Shown here one piece after another: positions 10,530-24,286 of a DNA stretch of 64,000 nt. Origin of the DNA: Acidobacteriaceae bacterium. Lineage in GTDB: Bacteria; Acidobacteriota; Terriglobia; Terriglobales; Acidobacteriaceae. The position numbers and the translations under genes were made by a program. Every line of letters begins with the position of its first letter. Within the stretch, counting starts at the first letter, position 1. Location of the stretch: the NCBI GenBank assembly GCA_035532055.1, contig DATKRT010000030.1, positions 74,362-138,361 on the forward strand, in the 5' to 3' direction. The notes below the pieces were generated by a model that did no database searches, was not told where the DNA came from, and worked only from the letters and a program-made list of their open reading frames with translations.

Positions 10530-12053
10530 TTATTTTTGGTGTAAATTGTGCGGAGCATAGCTGCGGGCCCACTCGACGATGCTGCGCACGGCAATACCGC
10601 TGGGGCCTTTGGCAATCCAGGGCTTATCGCTGTCGAGCCAGGCCATGGCGGCAATGTCGAGGTGCACCCAGGGCATGTCGTCAACGAACTCCTTAAGAAA
10701 CATGGCGGCGTTGGTGGCTCCGCCGTAGCGGGTCAGTCCGGTATTGCGAATGTCGGCGATTGCGGACTGAATCTGGTCGCGGTAGTCGTCTTCGAGAGGA
10801 AGACGCCAGAATTTTTCGCCGGATGTTTCGAGGGCCTGCGTGAAGTGCGCGTAGGCGGCTTCATCGTTGGAGAAGACGCCGGCGTTGACCTGTCCGAGAG
10901 CGATGGCAACCGCTCCGGTGAGGGTGGCGGCGTTGATGAGATGCGTTGCGCCGAGCTGGCGCGCGTAAAAGAGGCCGTCGGCGAGCACGAGGCGGCCTTC
11001 GGCGTCGGTGTTGACGACTTCGATGGATTTGCCGGACATGGCAATTTGCACATCGCCGGGACGCTGCGCCTTGCCGGAGGGCATGTTCTCCGTGGCGCAG
11101 ATGATGGAGATGATCCTGACCTTCGGCTTGAGCTGCGCGATGGCGCGCATGGCTCCGATCATGGCGGCGCCACCTGCCATGTCGTACTTCATCTTCTCCA
11201 TGCTGTCGGCGGGCTTGAGGGAGAGGCCGCCGCTGTCGAAGGTGACTCCCTTGCCTACCAGCCCGAGGACCGGTTCGGCGGGCGCATCGGAAGGCTCGTA
11301 GGTCATGACGATGAGCGCGGGCGGCTCGTCCGAGCCCTGGGCGACACCAAGAAACGCACCCATCTTCAATTCGCGGAGCTTTTCGGTACTGTAGACCTCG
11401 CAGCGCAGGCCGAACTCCGCGGACATTTCCGCGGCTTTCTGGGCCAGGATGGTCGGCGTCATACGATTGGCCGGCTCGTTGATGAGCGTGCGGGCGAAGT
11501 TCTGGGATTCGGCGACTATGACGCCCTCGCGCAGGCCTGTTTCTGCGCCGAGGTGATCAGATTCTGACGCTACAACCGAGACGGAAGCAATGCTCTGGTC
11601 GGTGCGGTCGGTGCGGTAGGTGTCCGACTCAAAGTCGCCGAGGATCGCGCCTTCGGCAATGGCGCGGGCCGTGATGGCGGCGCTGAGGTGCGCTGGGGCA
11701 AGGATGGCGAGCGCGTGGATACCGCGAGATTTGGCGTAGCGGGTGGCGGTTCCGGCCGCCTTGCGAAGGTCATGGGCAGAGACTTTTGCGGCCTTGCCGA
11801 GTCCGACCACGAGCAGGCGGGCAGCCTTAAGCCCTTGCGGGCTGTGGAGCAGAAGGGTTTCATTCGGCCGGGCTTTGAATTCGCCATCGGCAAGCACCCG
11901 AGCGACTGCGCTCTGCAGCGATTCCTCGGTGGACAGGAGCGCGATTTCAGGTTGGGCGTTCTTGTCCTTGCTGGTGTTGTTGTCGGCGGCGAAGACCACA
12001 AGCAGGCCGGTTGAAAGCGAAGAAGGCGCAACGCACTGCAGATCGAGTTTCAT
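10530..12053 (-). CDS. pepA: leucyl aminopeptidase (M17)
   Basis: 507 aa. LVGKGVTFDSGGLSLKP, MKYDMAGGAA and NTDAEGRLVLADGL are M17 signatures. Confidence 0.95.
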   Translation of the reverse strand: MKLDLQCVAPSSLSTGLLVVFAADNNTSKDKNAQPEIALLSTEESLQSAVARVLADGEFKARPNETLLLHSPQGLKAARLLVVGLGKAAKVSAHDLRKAAGTATRYAKSRGIHALAILAPAHLSAAITARAIAEGAILGDFESDTYRTDRTDQSIASVSVVASESDHLGAETGLREGVIVAESQNFARTLINEPANRMTPTILAQKAAEMSAEFGLRCEVYSTEKLRELKMGAFLGVAQGSDEPPALIVMTYEPSDAPAEPVLGLVGKGVTFDSGGLSLKPADSMEKMKYDMAGGAAMIGAMRAIAQLKPKVRIISIICATENMPSGKAQRPGDVQIAMSGKSIEVVNTDAEGRLVLADGLFYARQLGATHLINAATLTGAVAIALGQVNAGVFSNDEAAYAHFTQALETSGEKFWRLPLEDDYRDQIQSAIADIRNTGLTRYGGATNAAMFLKEFVDDMPWVHLDIAAMAWLDSDKPWIAKGPSGIAVRSIVEWARSYAPHNLHQK

Positions 12054-12175
12054 CAGTTCCCTTTCGAGGAAGGAATCAAGCTCTTTTATTGTATTGCGAT
12101 GGGTTGTTGGGTTTTGAGCCGCGAAGCCCGCACACGGAGGTGCGGGCCTGTGGATAAGGGTCAGAGGTGGCGATG

Positions 12176-12625
12176 CTATTTCCGGAAGACGGCCAGCATC
12201 ATTTGCGACTGGACCTGATTGAGCTGGTGCAGCGTGGCCGCAAAGGCCTGCTGATCATCGACGGACGAACTCTTCATGAGTTCCCTGAGCCGGAAGGCGG
12301 TCCTGTCCATCATGATCTGGGCGTCTTTGAGCTTCTTGGAATGGTTCGTGGCCGCGGAGTGAATCTTCGCTGTGTAGTTGCGGATGGCTTGCAACGTTGC
12401 CGTGGCTGCCGCGTCGTTTCCGGCATTGAGCTCCCGACCGGCTTGCCAGACCATCGCGCTTACGAGCTTTGCGTAGAGATAGCACCTGTCCTTGGGCGTG
12501 GCATGTTCGGCCTTGACGGCCAAAGCGCTCATCTGCTGCGCATCGAGATACTTGCCGGGACGTCCTGCGAACGCCTGCGGGGCGCTGCAAACCGCCGCCA
12601 ATACAAAAACTAAAACGAACCGCAT
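12176..12625 (-). CDS. hypothetical secreted helical protein
   Basis: 149 aa with signal peptide MRFVLVFVLAAVCSAPQAFA. No recognisable domain. Confidence 0.55.
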   Translation of the reverse strand: MRFVLVFVLAAVCSAPQAFAGRPGKYLDAQQMSALAVKAEHATPKDRCYLYAKLVSAMVWQAGRELNAGNDAAATATLQAIRNYTAKIHSAATNHSKKLKDAQIMMDRTAFRLRELMKSSSVDDQQAFAATLHQLNQVQSQMMLAVFRK

Positions 12626-12664
12626 TACGCACCTCCTACTGGGCGCAACGGAACGTCGGTCTAT

Positions 12665-13996
12665 CTACCTTGTGAGCATTGTCACCCGTCGCCGGGCCTG
12701 CCGCTCTTCTTCTGGAAACTTCCCGGATGCCGATTCCAGGAACAGGCGGTAAAAATGTACGGCCTGCTCATTGCGATGCAGAGTATCACTTGCCGTTGCC
12801 CATAGGAAGTAGGTAGCTGGTGTATCCGCCGCATATTTTGATCGCATCGTAAGCGCGCCAAGAACCAGCTGAGGATCACCGGTTTTGGACGCTGCGAATG
12901 CGATCCCACTCCATGTGTCAGGATCATCCTGGCGGATTTTTGCGGCTTTTTGTAAGGAGATGAGAGCTTCTGCATACTTGCCTTCCCGAATGAGCACCTG
13001 ACCGCGGTCGGATTCCAATTCGGGATCATTCGGGTGGGCAGCAAGGAGTTGCGTGTACAAGGCTTCGGCCTTGCCGTTCTGCCCGGCTTCGACGTAGGCG
13101 TCGGCGAGCATGGTGGCGATGTTCTTGTCTTTTGGCTCAAGATGATGCAGTTTTTCGAGTACGGTGACGGCGTCGCTGCCTCGGCCCTCGGCTCCGAGGA
13201 GCGCGGCATACTGCGCATTCAGCGAGGGGCTGTCGGGATCACGGTCGAGCGCGGACTTGAGAAGCGGCTCGGCGGCGGAATACTTTTTCTGCCGCATGTA
13301 GAGGTGAATGAGGCCCGCGATGGCCTGCGATGAGTGGGGATTCTCATTGAGCGCCTTGCGGTAGGCCTGCTCGGCGACGGAGGGATCTCCGGCAGCGTCG
13401 GCAATTTCGGCAGCGAGGAGGGTGTCGCCGGGAGTCTCCGGCGAGATGCGCAATGCGTTGATGAGCGCCTGTTTGGCTACTGTGGGATCGGTTTTGCGAA
13501 CGAAGCGGGCGAGCGCCCGCAGCGCCTGCGCCCTGGCGGTGGGGTTAGGCGGATTGGGCTTAAGCGTGGCGGCGGCCTCAAGCTGCTTCCGGGCACCGGG
13601 ATCGCCCTCGCTAGCAAGGATGAGGCCAAGGGCCAGGCGGGACTCAAACTGCTTGGGGTCAGCGGCGATGGCCTTGCGGTAGAAGAGCTTGGCCTGGTCT
13701 GTTTTTCCCAGAGCGTCGGCGCAATAACCGCGGTCAAAAAGAGCGCGGGCATCGGCGGGATGCGCGGCAATGTAGGCATCGAGAAGTGAAGCGGCTTTGT
13801 TGTAATGCTTGTCGCCAATGGCGGCCTCCATGTCCGTGAGCGGATTGACGGGGGCAGAATCGACCGCGGAGGTGCCCGGCGGCAGGGGTGCTGCCTGTCC
13901 CCAGAGAATGGGTGAAAACAGGAGCGGAAGCGACAGGGCCAGCGCCAGACGGGAGACTTTAAGAGTCATTGCATCACGACTTCTTGTTTGATTCAC
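12665..13996 (-). CDS. tetratricopeptide (TPR) repeat protein, secreted
   Basis: 443 aa with an N-terminal signal sequence and repeated A..Y.kAl..dP TPR-like units throughout. Confidence 0.8.
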   Translation of the reverse strand: MNQTRSRDAMTLKVSRLALALSLPLLFSPILWGQAAPLPPGTSAVDSAPVNPLTDMEAAIGDKHYNKAASLLDAYIAAHPADARALFDRGYCADALGKTDQAKLFYRKAIAADPKQFESRLALGLILASEGDPGARKQLEAAATLKPNPPNPTARAQALRALARFVRKTDPTVAKQALINALRISPETPGDTLLAAEIADAAGDPSVAEQAYRKALNENPHSSQAIAGLIHLYMRQKKYSAAEPLLKSALDRDPDSPSLNAQYAALLGAEGRGSDAVTVLEKLHHLEPKDKNIATMLADAYVEAGQNGKAEALYTQLLAAHPNDPELESDRGQVLIREGKYAEALISLQKAAKIRQDDPDTWSGIAFAASKTGDPQLVLGALTMRSKYAADTPATYFLWATASDTLHRNEQAVHFYRLFLESASGKFPEEERQARRRVTMLTR

Positions 13997-14016
13997 TTAA
14001 CCTCTACTACTACGAG

Positions 14017-17040
<3,024 letters not shown>

Positions 17041-17160
17041 CAGTCTGCCCCAAACGTGCACCGGAACATGCACAGGGCGATCTGGATTAGGAAAACAAAG
17101 CGCCCCATTTTGATTATAAAGGGCGCATGCCGCGCGTGGACTAGCCGTCCCGGCAACCGC

Positions 17161-17230
17161 GCTTGGCGGTGCTCGCCGCGGGCACAATCGCTTCGCGGTG
17201 CTCGCCGCACGGGCACAAGCGCTTCGCGCC
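17161..17230. repeat. imperfect tandem repeat, about 2.3 copies of a 29-31 bp hairpin-forming unit
   Basis: GCTTGGCGGTGCTCGCCGCGGGCACAATC / GCTTCGCGGTGCTCGCCGCACGGGCACAAGC / GCTTCGCGCC. Each unit contains GTGC...GCAC self-complementarity. It lies between the permease stop and the uvrA-paralog start. Confidence 0.75.
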
Positions 17231-17298
17231 AAGTGGAACAATCGACTGTGGTCGCTTCCGTTGGTCGCGGGGATGCGGCTGAACCGGACTGGGGCTTC

Positions 17299-19785
17299 TT
17301 ACTCCTCCCGCAACGCGCGCATGGGATGAATGGCTGCGGCACGGAGCGCCGGTATGTACGAAGCCGCCAAGACCAGCAGCACAATCAGGGCGACGGCCAC
17401 AGTGAGGGTGATGGGGTCAAAGGGGCTGACTCCGAAGAGCAGGGACTGCAGCAGGCGCGATGAGGCAAGCGCTCCGGCAACGCCTAAAACGCAGCCGATG
17501 GCCGCGAGTTTGGCAGCGGAGGTAAGGATAAGGCGGATAATGCCGGTGCGTTGCGAGCCGAGCGCCATGCGAATGGCCATTTCCTGGGTGCGGAGCGCGA
17601 CGCTGAAGGCGATGACGCTGTATATGCCGAGGATGGCGAGCAGCACGGCCGCCGCGGCGAAGGCAGAGATGACGAAGGTGTTGAAGCGGCGCGGCGCTTC
17701 GCTTTCTGACAATGCCTGCGTCATGGCCTGCATGTGAACGAGCGGGAGCTGCGGGTCGATGGAGTGTGCGGTGGAGCGCAGCGCGTTCTCCATGATCTGC
17801 GGCGGCATGGCGGTGCGGAGGGCGATGTATCCGTTGTTGCCGTTGAGGTCGCCGGGAGATCCGAGTGAACCTATGTCTTTCTCCGCCTGTGCGACAGGAA
17901 TATAAAACTGCTGTTTTGAGGGGGCATCCGGCGAGCTTTCCGTTACGTTGGCGACTTCACCCACGACAACCATCCACGGGGTCTTCATGTTCGGGAGACC
18001 GACGCGGAGTTGCTTGCCGATGGGATTCTGCCCCGGCCATGACTGCTGGGCCAGCTTGTGATTGATGACGACAACGAGCTGGGAGTTTTCGTTGTCGTCC
18101 GGAGTGAACAGGCGCCCGCGCAGAAGCTGGATACCCATCGCCTTGAAGTAGTCCCCTTGAACCTGAATGGAGGTTGCGAGGTCGTATGTGTGGCTGGGTG
18201 GTGTGTAGCCCTCGGGCAAGATGGCTTCGTTATTGTTGCTGCCGGTGGCAGGGAGGAACGAAGTAAGGCCAACCTGTTTCACTCCCGGCAGGGCCCGAAG
18301 CTTCCGCAGCAGTTCCTTATTGAACTGATCGACCGAGGGCTGGGTTGCGTATTGTTTTTGCGGCAAGCTATAGCCGGCGACCAAAGAGTGTTCCGGCTGG
18401 TAGCCGAGATTGACGTCGCGCATCTTCTGAAAGCTGCGCAGCAGCAGACCGGATGCAGTGAGCAGAATGAGGGCGACGGCGATCTCTGCCACGACGAGCG
18501 CCGAGCGGAGGCGCGCATGCCCTGCTCCGGCGGAGCCGGTACGGCCGCCTTCCTTCAGGGTTTCGTTGACTTTGGTGCGCATGGCGGCAAAGGCGGGGGC
18601 GATTCCGCAGATGAGCCCCGTGACGACGCCGAGAACCAGTGCGAAGGCAGCAACGGCCAGGTTCACGTGAATGTCGTTGATGCGAGGGAGGGTTTCGGGC
18701 AGGGCTTTGACTCCTGCCTGGAGCGCCACTGAGGCCATCCCAAGGCCCAGCAGGCCTCCGGCAACGCTGAGAACAAGGCTTTCGAGCACAGCCTGACGCA
18801 GAAGTACATAGGATTGCGCGCCGAGCGCGAGACGCACGGCAATCTCCTTGCGGCGGCGGATGGAACGTACCAGCAGGAGACCTGCGAGATTGGCGCAGGC
18901 AATGAGCAGAACCACGACAACGGCGAGGAATAACGTGCGGATCAGGGGACGGGCAAACTTTACTGTGACGGCCTGCAGCGAAGTAATCTGAGGATGAATC
19001 TTCATTCCGGCCATGAACGCCGGGTAGTTGCGCATGGTCTCATTGGCGACCTGTGTTGCGTCCCGCAGGGCCTGGTGCACGGTTACGCCGGGCTTCATCC
19101 TGCCGACCATCTGGTAGCTCCAGTTGGCCGCGCCGGTGGTCATGTCCTGCTGGGTGAACTGGAACGGGACCCAGAGCTCGCTCTGGTTCAGGTGTCCGGG
19201 GACGAGCGGGAACTCAAAGTTGCGCGGCATGACGCCGATGACGGTGTAGGGTTTGCGGTCGAGGAGAATCTTTTTGCCAAGGATCTGGGAGTTGCCGTCG
19301 AAGCGCTTCTTCCAGGTGCTGTAGCTGAGCAGAGCGACCTGCACCTTCTGTTCCTGCTCCTGCTGCGTGAAAAAACGGCCAATGAGCGGCTGTACTCCCA
19401 GCGCGGGCAGCACTCCGGCTGTGAGGTCGGCGGCGCTGATCATGGCCGGCCGTCCCGAGCCGGACAGCTCGAAGCCGGTCTGCTGGTAGCCGCCGAGGCT
19501 GGAGAAGCTGTGCGTGTCGCGCGTGTAGTTCACAATGTCGGGGATGGTAACGATATTCCCGTTGAAGCCACCGACGCTGGCTCCTTCGAGCACATCGCCC
19601 AGGGCGTAGAGGCGGTCAGAGTGCGGGAACGGCAGCGGGCGCAGGAGGACGCCTTCGACGATGGAAAAGATGGCCGTGGTGGCTCCGATGCCAATGGCCA
19701 GCATGAGCACGGCGGTGAGGGCGAACCCAGGAGACTTCAGCAGGTAGCGAATGGCAATCTTCAGCTCGCGAAAAAGGTTCGACAT
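17299..19785 (-). CDS. ADOP-type (MacB/FtsX-like) duplicated ABC transporter permease
   Basis: [62 protein letters not shown] with two MacB-periplasmic plus FtsX-like halves. The ATG at 19785 is preceded by GAGGAG. No adjacent ATPase gene. Confidence 0.88.
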   Translation of the reverse strand: MSNLFRELKIAIRYLLKSPGFALTAVLMLAIGIGATTAIFSIVEGVLLRPLPFPHSDRLYALGDVLEGASVGGFNGNIVTIPDIVNYTRDTHSFSSLGGYQQTGFELSGSGRPAMISAADLTAGVLPALGVQPLIGRFFTQQEQEQKVQVALLSYSTWKKRFDGNSQILGKKILLDRKPYTVIGVMPRNFEFPLVPGHLNQSELWVPFQFTQQDMTTGAANWSYQMVGRMKPGVTVHQALRDATQVANETMRNYPAFMAGMKIHPQITSLQAVTVKFARPLIRTLFLAVVVVLLIACANLAGLLLVRSIRRRKEIAVRLALGAQSYVLLRQAVLESLVLSVAGGLLGLGMASVALQAGVKALPETLPRINDIHVNLAVAAFALVLGVVTGLICGIAPAFAAMRTKVNETLKEGGRTGSAGAGHARLRSALVVAEIAVALILLTASGLLLRSFQKMRDVNLGYQPEHSLVAGYSLPQKQYATQPSVDQFNKELLRKLRALPGVKQVGLTSFLPATGSNNNEAILPEGYTPPSHTYDLATSIQVQGDYFKAMGIQLLRGRLFTPDDNENSQLVVVINHKLAQQSWPGQNPIGKQLRVGLPNMKTPWMVVVGEVANVTESSPDAPSKQQFYIPVAQAEKDIGSLGSPGDLNGNNGYIALRTAMPPQIMENALRSTAHSIDPQLPLVHMQAMTQALSESEAPRRFNTFVISAFAAAAVLLAILGIYSVIAFSVALRTQEMAIRMALGSQRTGIIRLILTSAAKLAAIGCVLGVAGALASSRLLQSLLFGVSPFDPITLTVAVALIVLLVLAASYIPALRAAAIHPMRALREE

Positions 19786-19946
19786 GGTCTCCTCGAATAG
19801 GTGGGCTGCTATCTCAATTGCACGTGCACTGCCATATACGTTTGGCGGAATTCCCTTGTTCCATGGAACCAACGATGGCGGCAGGGCCGCGGCGATGTCC
19901 GGGAATGAACACTGGTGTCCGCTCGCGGACGCTTTACAATCGCAGG

Positions 19947-20945
19947 ATGAAGTTAGCTGAACTAGCGCGCGTTCTGGGGGCGGAGCTCCACGGTGATCCC
20001 GACCATGTAATTACCGGCGTGGCGGGGATTGAAGAGGCGGGGCCGGAACAAGTGACCTTTATCGCCAATCCGCGCTACTCGATGCTGGCGAAGACGACCG
20101 AGGCCGGGGCGGTCATTGTGGCTCCGGATTTCCCGGCGATCACGGCTGCGACGCTGCGCACGGCCAATCCGTACCTGACCTTTGCCAGCGCAGTGCGGCT
20201 TTTCTATCAAGAGCCGGAGTATGCGCCGGGAATCCATCCCACAGCAGTGATCCATCCGACAGCGAAGGTCGGGCGAGACGCGCACATCGGCGCCTATGCG
20301 GTGGTAAGCGAGGGCGCGGTCCTGGGGGATAACGCGACGCTGCTGCCGCATGTGGTGATTTACCCCCACGCAGTGATTGGTAACCACTTTTTTGCGCATG
20401 CGCACGCCATTGTCAGGGAGTATTGCCGGGTGGGCGATCATGTTGTGCTGCAGAACGGCGCTGTAATCGGCTCGGACGGGTTTGGGTTTGCGAAGGACGA
20501 GCACGGCGTTTGGCACAAGATTGTGCAGTCGGGGCCGGCGGTGCTGGAGGATTCTGTCGAAGTGCAGGCGAACTCCTGCGTGGACCGCGCGAGTGTGGGA
20601 GAGACCCGCATCGGCTCCGGCGTAAAGATCGACAACCTGGCGCAGGTCGGTCATGGATCGAAGATCGGCGCCAATTCGCTGGTGTGCGCGCAAGTAGGGA
20701 TCGCAGGCTCGTCCGAGATAGGCAAGAATGTGATACTTGCCGGGCAGGTGGGCGTCGCAGGACACTGCAAGCTCGGCGACGGCGTAATTATGACGGCGCA
20801 GTCCGGCGTGTCGCATGATGTGCCCGCAGGCAAGATGATCAGCGGTTCGCCGGCATTCGACAACCGGCAGTGGCTGCGCTCAACAGCGATCTTCTCTCGA
20901 CTACCCGATATAGTGAAGCGGCTGCAGAGGAAAGAGAAGGCGTAA
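19947..20945 (+). CDS. lpxD: UDP-3-O-(3-hydroxymyristoyl)glucosamine N-acyltransferase
   Basis: [44 protein letters not shown] followed by left-handed beta-helix hexapeptide repeats. The start is taken at the internal ATG 19947. Confidence 0.93.
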   Translation: MKLAELARVLGAELHGDPDHVITGVAGIEEAGPEQVTFIANPRYSMLAKTTEAGAVIVAPDFPAITAATLRTANPYLTFASAVRLFYQEPEYAPGIHPTAVIHPTAKVGRDAHIGAYAVVSEGAVLGDNATLLPHVVIYPHAVIGNHFFAHAHAIVREYCRVGDHVVLQNGAVIGSDGFGFAKDEHGVWHKIVQSGPAVLEDSVEVQANSCVDRASVGETRIGSGVKIDNLAQVGHGSKIGANSLVCAQVGIAGSSEIGKNVILAGQVGVAGHCKLGDGVIMTAQSGVSHDVPAGKMISGSPAFDNRQWLRSTAIFSRLPDIVKRLQRKEKA

Positions 20946-21011
20946 ATCCAAAACGTTGCGCATGCTAAGAGTAACCAGCCATACTTTGGCTTCCAGCATC
21001 TAACAAGGCTT

Positions 21012-21815
21012 ATGTCGAGCGAAGACGATCACGGTTCTCCGAGTTACGGCCCACAATTGGTGGCCGATCCGATACGGGTGCTTCTTCTGGATGATCATCC
21101 GGAAAACCTATTGCTGCGCTCGACGATCCTGCGCAAGTACGGCTACCTGACAGAGACCGCCTCGACGGTGGAGGAAGCCGAAAAGCTGCTGGACCAGATT
21201 GATATTGCCGTGCTCGACTATCACCTGGGCGCGGGCAAATTCGGGACGGATGTGGCAGCGCAGCTGCGCGAACGGCGCCCGCAGGTACCGATTATTATTC
21301 TTTCCGCCACGCTGGAGCGGCGGTTCGGCGGCGTGGAGGACATGCACCTGCTGAAGGGCTACAGCTCCATTGATGACCTGGTGAACGCGCTGCGCTCGTT
21401 TGAGGCGCGGCGGCGCGGCAAGCCTGTGGTGGTGGACGCCCGCGACTTCTACTACTCGCGCATCAACATGGCCGTGGGAGACGACGTGGTGCTTGAAATT
21501 CTGGATGCAGCCGGCAACTGGCAGTACGTGAACGAAACCTGCGCCAAGCTGCTGGAACACGACCGGGAGTGGTTCACGGAGCGTAATCTGTTTGTGGAGA
21601 TGCCGGAGCTGGTGGATGACTGGCAGGACATTCTGCGGACTGTGGCCGAAACCCGCGAGACCTACATTGACCGCACCTACCGGGGTCTGCTGAACCTTCC
21701 CCGCAAAGGCGAGGAGTGGGTTTGGAACGTGCTCGCCTTCCCCATTACCCTGCATAACAGGGAAACCGGGGTAGTGTTGACCGCGCGTATTCTGGAGCGG
21801 AAGACGGTACTTTAG
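21012..21815 (+). CDS. response regulator (receiver domain) with C-terminal PAS-like domain
   Basis: IRVLLLDDHPENLLL...IDIAVLDYHLG...PIIILSA receiver motifs. The C-terminal half is PAS-like (LEILDAAGNWQYVNETCAKLLEHDREWF). Confidence 0.8.
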   Translation: MSSEDDHGSPSYGPQLVADPIRVLLLDDHPENLLLRSTILRKYGYLTETASTVEEAEKLLDQIDIAVLDYHLGAGKFGTDVAAQLRERRPQVPIIILSATLERRFGGVEDMHLLKGYSSIDDLVNALRSFEARRRGKPVVVDARDFYYSRINMAVGDDVVLEILDAAGNWQYVNETCAKLLEHDREWFTERNLFVEMPELVDDWQDILRTVAETRETYIDRTYRGLLNLPRKGEEWVWNVLAFPITLHNRETGVVLTARILERKTVL

Positions 21816-21849
21816 ACCTGATGCTGTCGCTTGCTGCGTCCAACGAAGG

Positions 21850-22233
21850 ATGGATCAACTGAAAAGAAATAGCCTTGTTCTTGCTGCCCTCGTCCTGTGC
21901 CTTGGCCTGACTGCGTGCCATTCGCCCTTCGTCCAAACCTCGATCGTGAACCAGACCGGCAGCACGGTGAAGCTGATTGAGGTCGATTATCCGAACGCCA
22001 GCTTCGGGACCCAGCAGATCGCCGAGAACGGAACCTACCACTATCACTTCCAGATTCAGGGCCCGGGCAAGGTAAAGATTTCCTATACCGGGGCCAAAAA
22101 CAATATCTACAAATCGACCGGTCCGGAGCTCGAAAAGAACCAGGAAGGCGGACTGGTGATTACTCTGGAGGCCGGTGGAAAAGTGACCTGGACCCCGACC
22201 CTGAAGATGGCAAAGACCTTTTTTGACTGGTAA
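21850..22233 (+). CDS. hypothetical lipoprotein
   Basis: 127 aa with lipobox LGLTAC after a signal sequence. Confidence 0.6.
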   Translation: MDQLKRNSLVLAALVLCLGLTACHSPFVQTSIVNQTGSTVKLIEVDYPNASFGTQQIAENGTYHYHFQIQGPGKVKISYTGAKNNIYKSTGPELEKNQEGGLVITLEAGGKVTWTPTLKMAKTFFDW

Positions 22234-22363
22234 CAGGCGCTCCGAGCGGACCTTTCACGAAATTCATTTAATCGTCTATTTGTCTTATATTTAATAGATA
22301 TACATCAAGCTGCACTTGACGGTCATCTATCTAGTTAACAGCACTTGAAATACATGCATCCAT

Positions 22364-23557
22364 CTACTTGAAAACAGTTGAGATAGACTCGTAGCCAACG
22401 GTTGCATCGGATGGGTCGGACAGCAGGCTCAGGACCAGCCATCCAGAATCCGGAAAACCGAAGAAATGGCCGGGGTGAACCACGACCCCGAACTCCCTGA
22501 CGAGCCGGACGGCGACGTCCTCATCCTGGTCGATGGCAGGGATGCGGAGGACAGCGTACCAGCCCCCTTCCACCTCTAACTGGGTCACCGGACTGCCGGC
22601 AAGTTCGAGATCCAAAGCAACCAGATTGCGATGGAGGCGGGTGAGGACCTGGCGCTGGATTTTGTCCCGAATTTGGAGCCAGATCGGGAGGGCACACTGG
22701 ACGGGGGCATTCATGGAAAGGAAGGTGTCGGCCACGACTTCGATCCTATCGAGGGCCGGCGTGAGGGCTGGCGGGGGGCCGAATGCGGCGATCCAGGCAG
22801 CCTTCATTTGCGGCAGGGCGGCGATCTTGCTGAGTCCGCTGAGGACGAACGTGAGCACCGGATGGGGGCCGCAGGCGAAACTGGCAGGCGGTGTGTCGCC
22901 GAGCCAGTAGTCAAGGAACACCTCGTCGACAATCAGGGCCAAGCCGTGTTGCTCGCAGATGGTCTCCAGTTCCCTGCGCTCGGCGGGCTTGAGGAAGTGT
23001 CCGGTGGGGTTGTTGGGATGCACGAGGGCGATGGCGCGGGTGCGGGGGGTGATTTGCCGCCGCAGGGCCTCGGCGTCGAGGTGCCAGCCGTGGTCATAGA
23101 AAAGCGGGTACGGGACGAGGCGGACGCTCTCGATCTGGGCGAGAAAGTCGAATAGAGGGTAGCTGGGCTGGGCGATCAGGATCTCATCGCCGGGGTCGCA
23201 GAGAACACGGAAGAGGTAGCTATAGGCCTCGCTGGTGCTGGGCGTAAGGAAGATGCGGTCCGGATGAGCATCCGCACCGTGATCCGCGTAGTAGCAGCCG
23301 ACGGCCTCGCGCGCGGGGAGCATACCGCGCGGATTGGGGTCATAGGTGAGGGCCTGTGACTGGGCCAGTGCGGCGAGGATATAGGCTTCGTCATAATGAA
23401 AGCCGCATCGCGTGGGGTTGGAGGCGGTCAGATCGAAGATGGGAAGGCCCGCAGCGCGGCGCTCACGAGTCGCTTTGGTTAGGTCGGTTTCAGCCAGGTC
23501 CCAGCTTGTACGTCGCGAAAAATAAAGAGCTTTGCTCATCTGAATCATATTTATCAC
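22364..23557 (-). CDS. pyridoxal-phosphate-dependent aminotransferase (class I/II)
   Basis: 397 aa. PSYPLF, VHPNNPTG, DEVFLDY and SGLSKIAALPQMKAAW (PLP-lysine region). Confidence 0.85.
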   Translation of the reverse strand: MINMIQMSKALYFSRRTSWDLAETDLTKATRERRAAGLPIFDLTASNPTRCGFHYDEAYILAALAQSQALTYDPNPRGMLPAREAVGCYYADHGADAHPDRIFLTPSTSEAYSYLFRVLCDPGDEILIAQPSYPLFDFLAQIESVRLVPYPLFYDHGWHLDAEALRRQITPRTRAIALVHPNNPTGHFLKPAERRELETICEQHGLALIVDEVFLDYWLGDTPPASFACGPHPVLTFVLSGLSKIAALPQMKAAWIAAFGPPPALTPALDRIEVVADTFLSMNAPVQCALPIWLQIRDKIQRQVLTRLHRNLVALDLELAGSPVTQLEVEGGWYAVLRIPAIDQDEDVAVRLVREFGVVVHPGHFFGFPDSGWLVLSLLSDPSDATVGYESISTVFK

Positions 23558-23626
23558 AGACTTTGCCTGCAGTTAAGTCACTGATACTGAGATAATGAAG
23601 AAGAATCTATCCTCCAGGAGCCAACT

Positions 23627-24277
23627 GTGCCGATTCGCGGAGTTATCTTCGACTACGGGATGGTGTTAAGCCAGGCCGCCGACCCTGATGCCCACGCACG
23701 CATGGTAGAGAAATCAGGCCTTAGCGTCGAGGAGTTTAACCGCCACTACTGGAAGAACCGCCACAGTTATGACCTGGGCATGAAAGGCCCGGCCTACTGG
23801 GCCAAGGTAGCGAGTGATGCCGGGACGACGTTTTCGCCCGAGCAGGTTGAAGTGCTGATCGAGAACGATGTTCTGATGTGGACCTCAGTGAATGAGGAGA
23901 TGCTGGCCTGGGTGGTGGCGCTGCAGAATGCTGGATTCCGCACGGCGATTTTGTCGAACATGGTGTGGGAAATCCTGGGCTATCTGCGGCAGGAGTTCGG
24001 CTGGCTGGCGTACTTTCAGCAACATACGTGGTCGTGCGAACTGGGAATCGGCAAGCCCGATCCTGCCATCTACCTGCACACCTGCAAGGAACTGGACGTA
24101 ATGCCACAGGAGGCGCTCTTCCTGGACGACAAGCCGGAGAATATTGCCGCGGCCGAGAAGATTGGCCTGCAGGGCATTCAGTTCTCTACCGTTGCGCAAC
24201 TGCGGCGCGATCTGGTGGCAAGGGGCCTGCAGCAGGGTCTCCCCGTCCCTGGAGAGAGCGTCGAGACCCCGGCATAA
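23627..24277 (+). CDS. HAD family hydrolase
   Basis: GTG start. IRGVIFDYGMV (DxD-type motif I), ILSN, KPDPAIY and FLDDKPENI motifs. Confidence 0.85.
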   Translation: MPIRGVIFDYGMVLSQAADPDAHARMVEKSGLSVEEFNRHYWKNRHSYDLGMKGPAYWAKVASDAGTTFSPEQVEVLIENDVLMWTSVNEEMLAWVVALQNAGFRTAILSNMVWEILGYLRQEFGWLAYFQQHTWSCELGIGKPDPAIYLHTCKELDVMPQEALFLDDKPENIAAAEKIGLQGIQFSTVAQLRRDLVARGLQQGLPVPGESVETPA

Positions 24278-24286
24278 GGCCGCAGC

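Noticed and set aside
10548-11567. 339-aa plus-strand ORF. The same reasoning applies to 24998..26080(+), 21108..21755(-), 42312..43433(-), 42487..43596(+), 41086..42453(+), 47983..49140(-), 59329..60246(-), 15571..16935(+) and similar entries.
   Set aside because: All are antisense or off-frame relative to genes with strong family signatures (pepA, M61 peptidase, response regulator, ACAD, MeaB, aguB, uvrA). Their Gly/Arg/Ala/His-rich compositions are not protein-like.
17041-17241. 67-codon N-terminal extension of the UvrA-paralog ORF (MFHLARSACARAAS...)
   Set aside because: It is translated through the 29-31 bp tandem repeat, is Ala/Arg/Pro-rich, and homology to UvrA begins only at [19 protein letters not shown] or GTG start with a GGGG RBS lies just upstream of that point.
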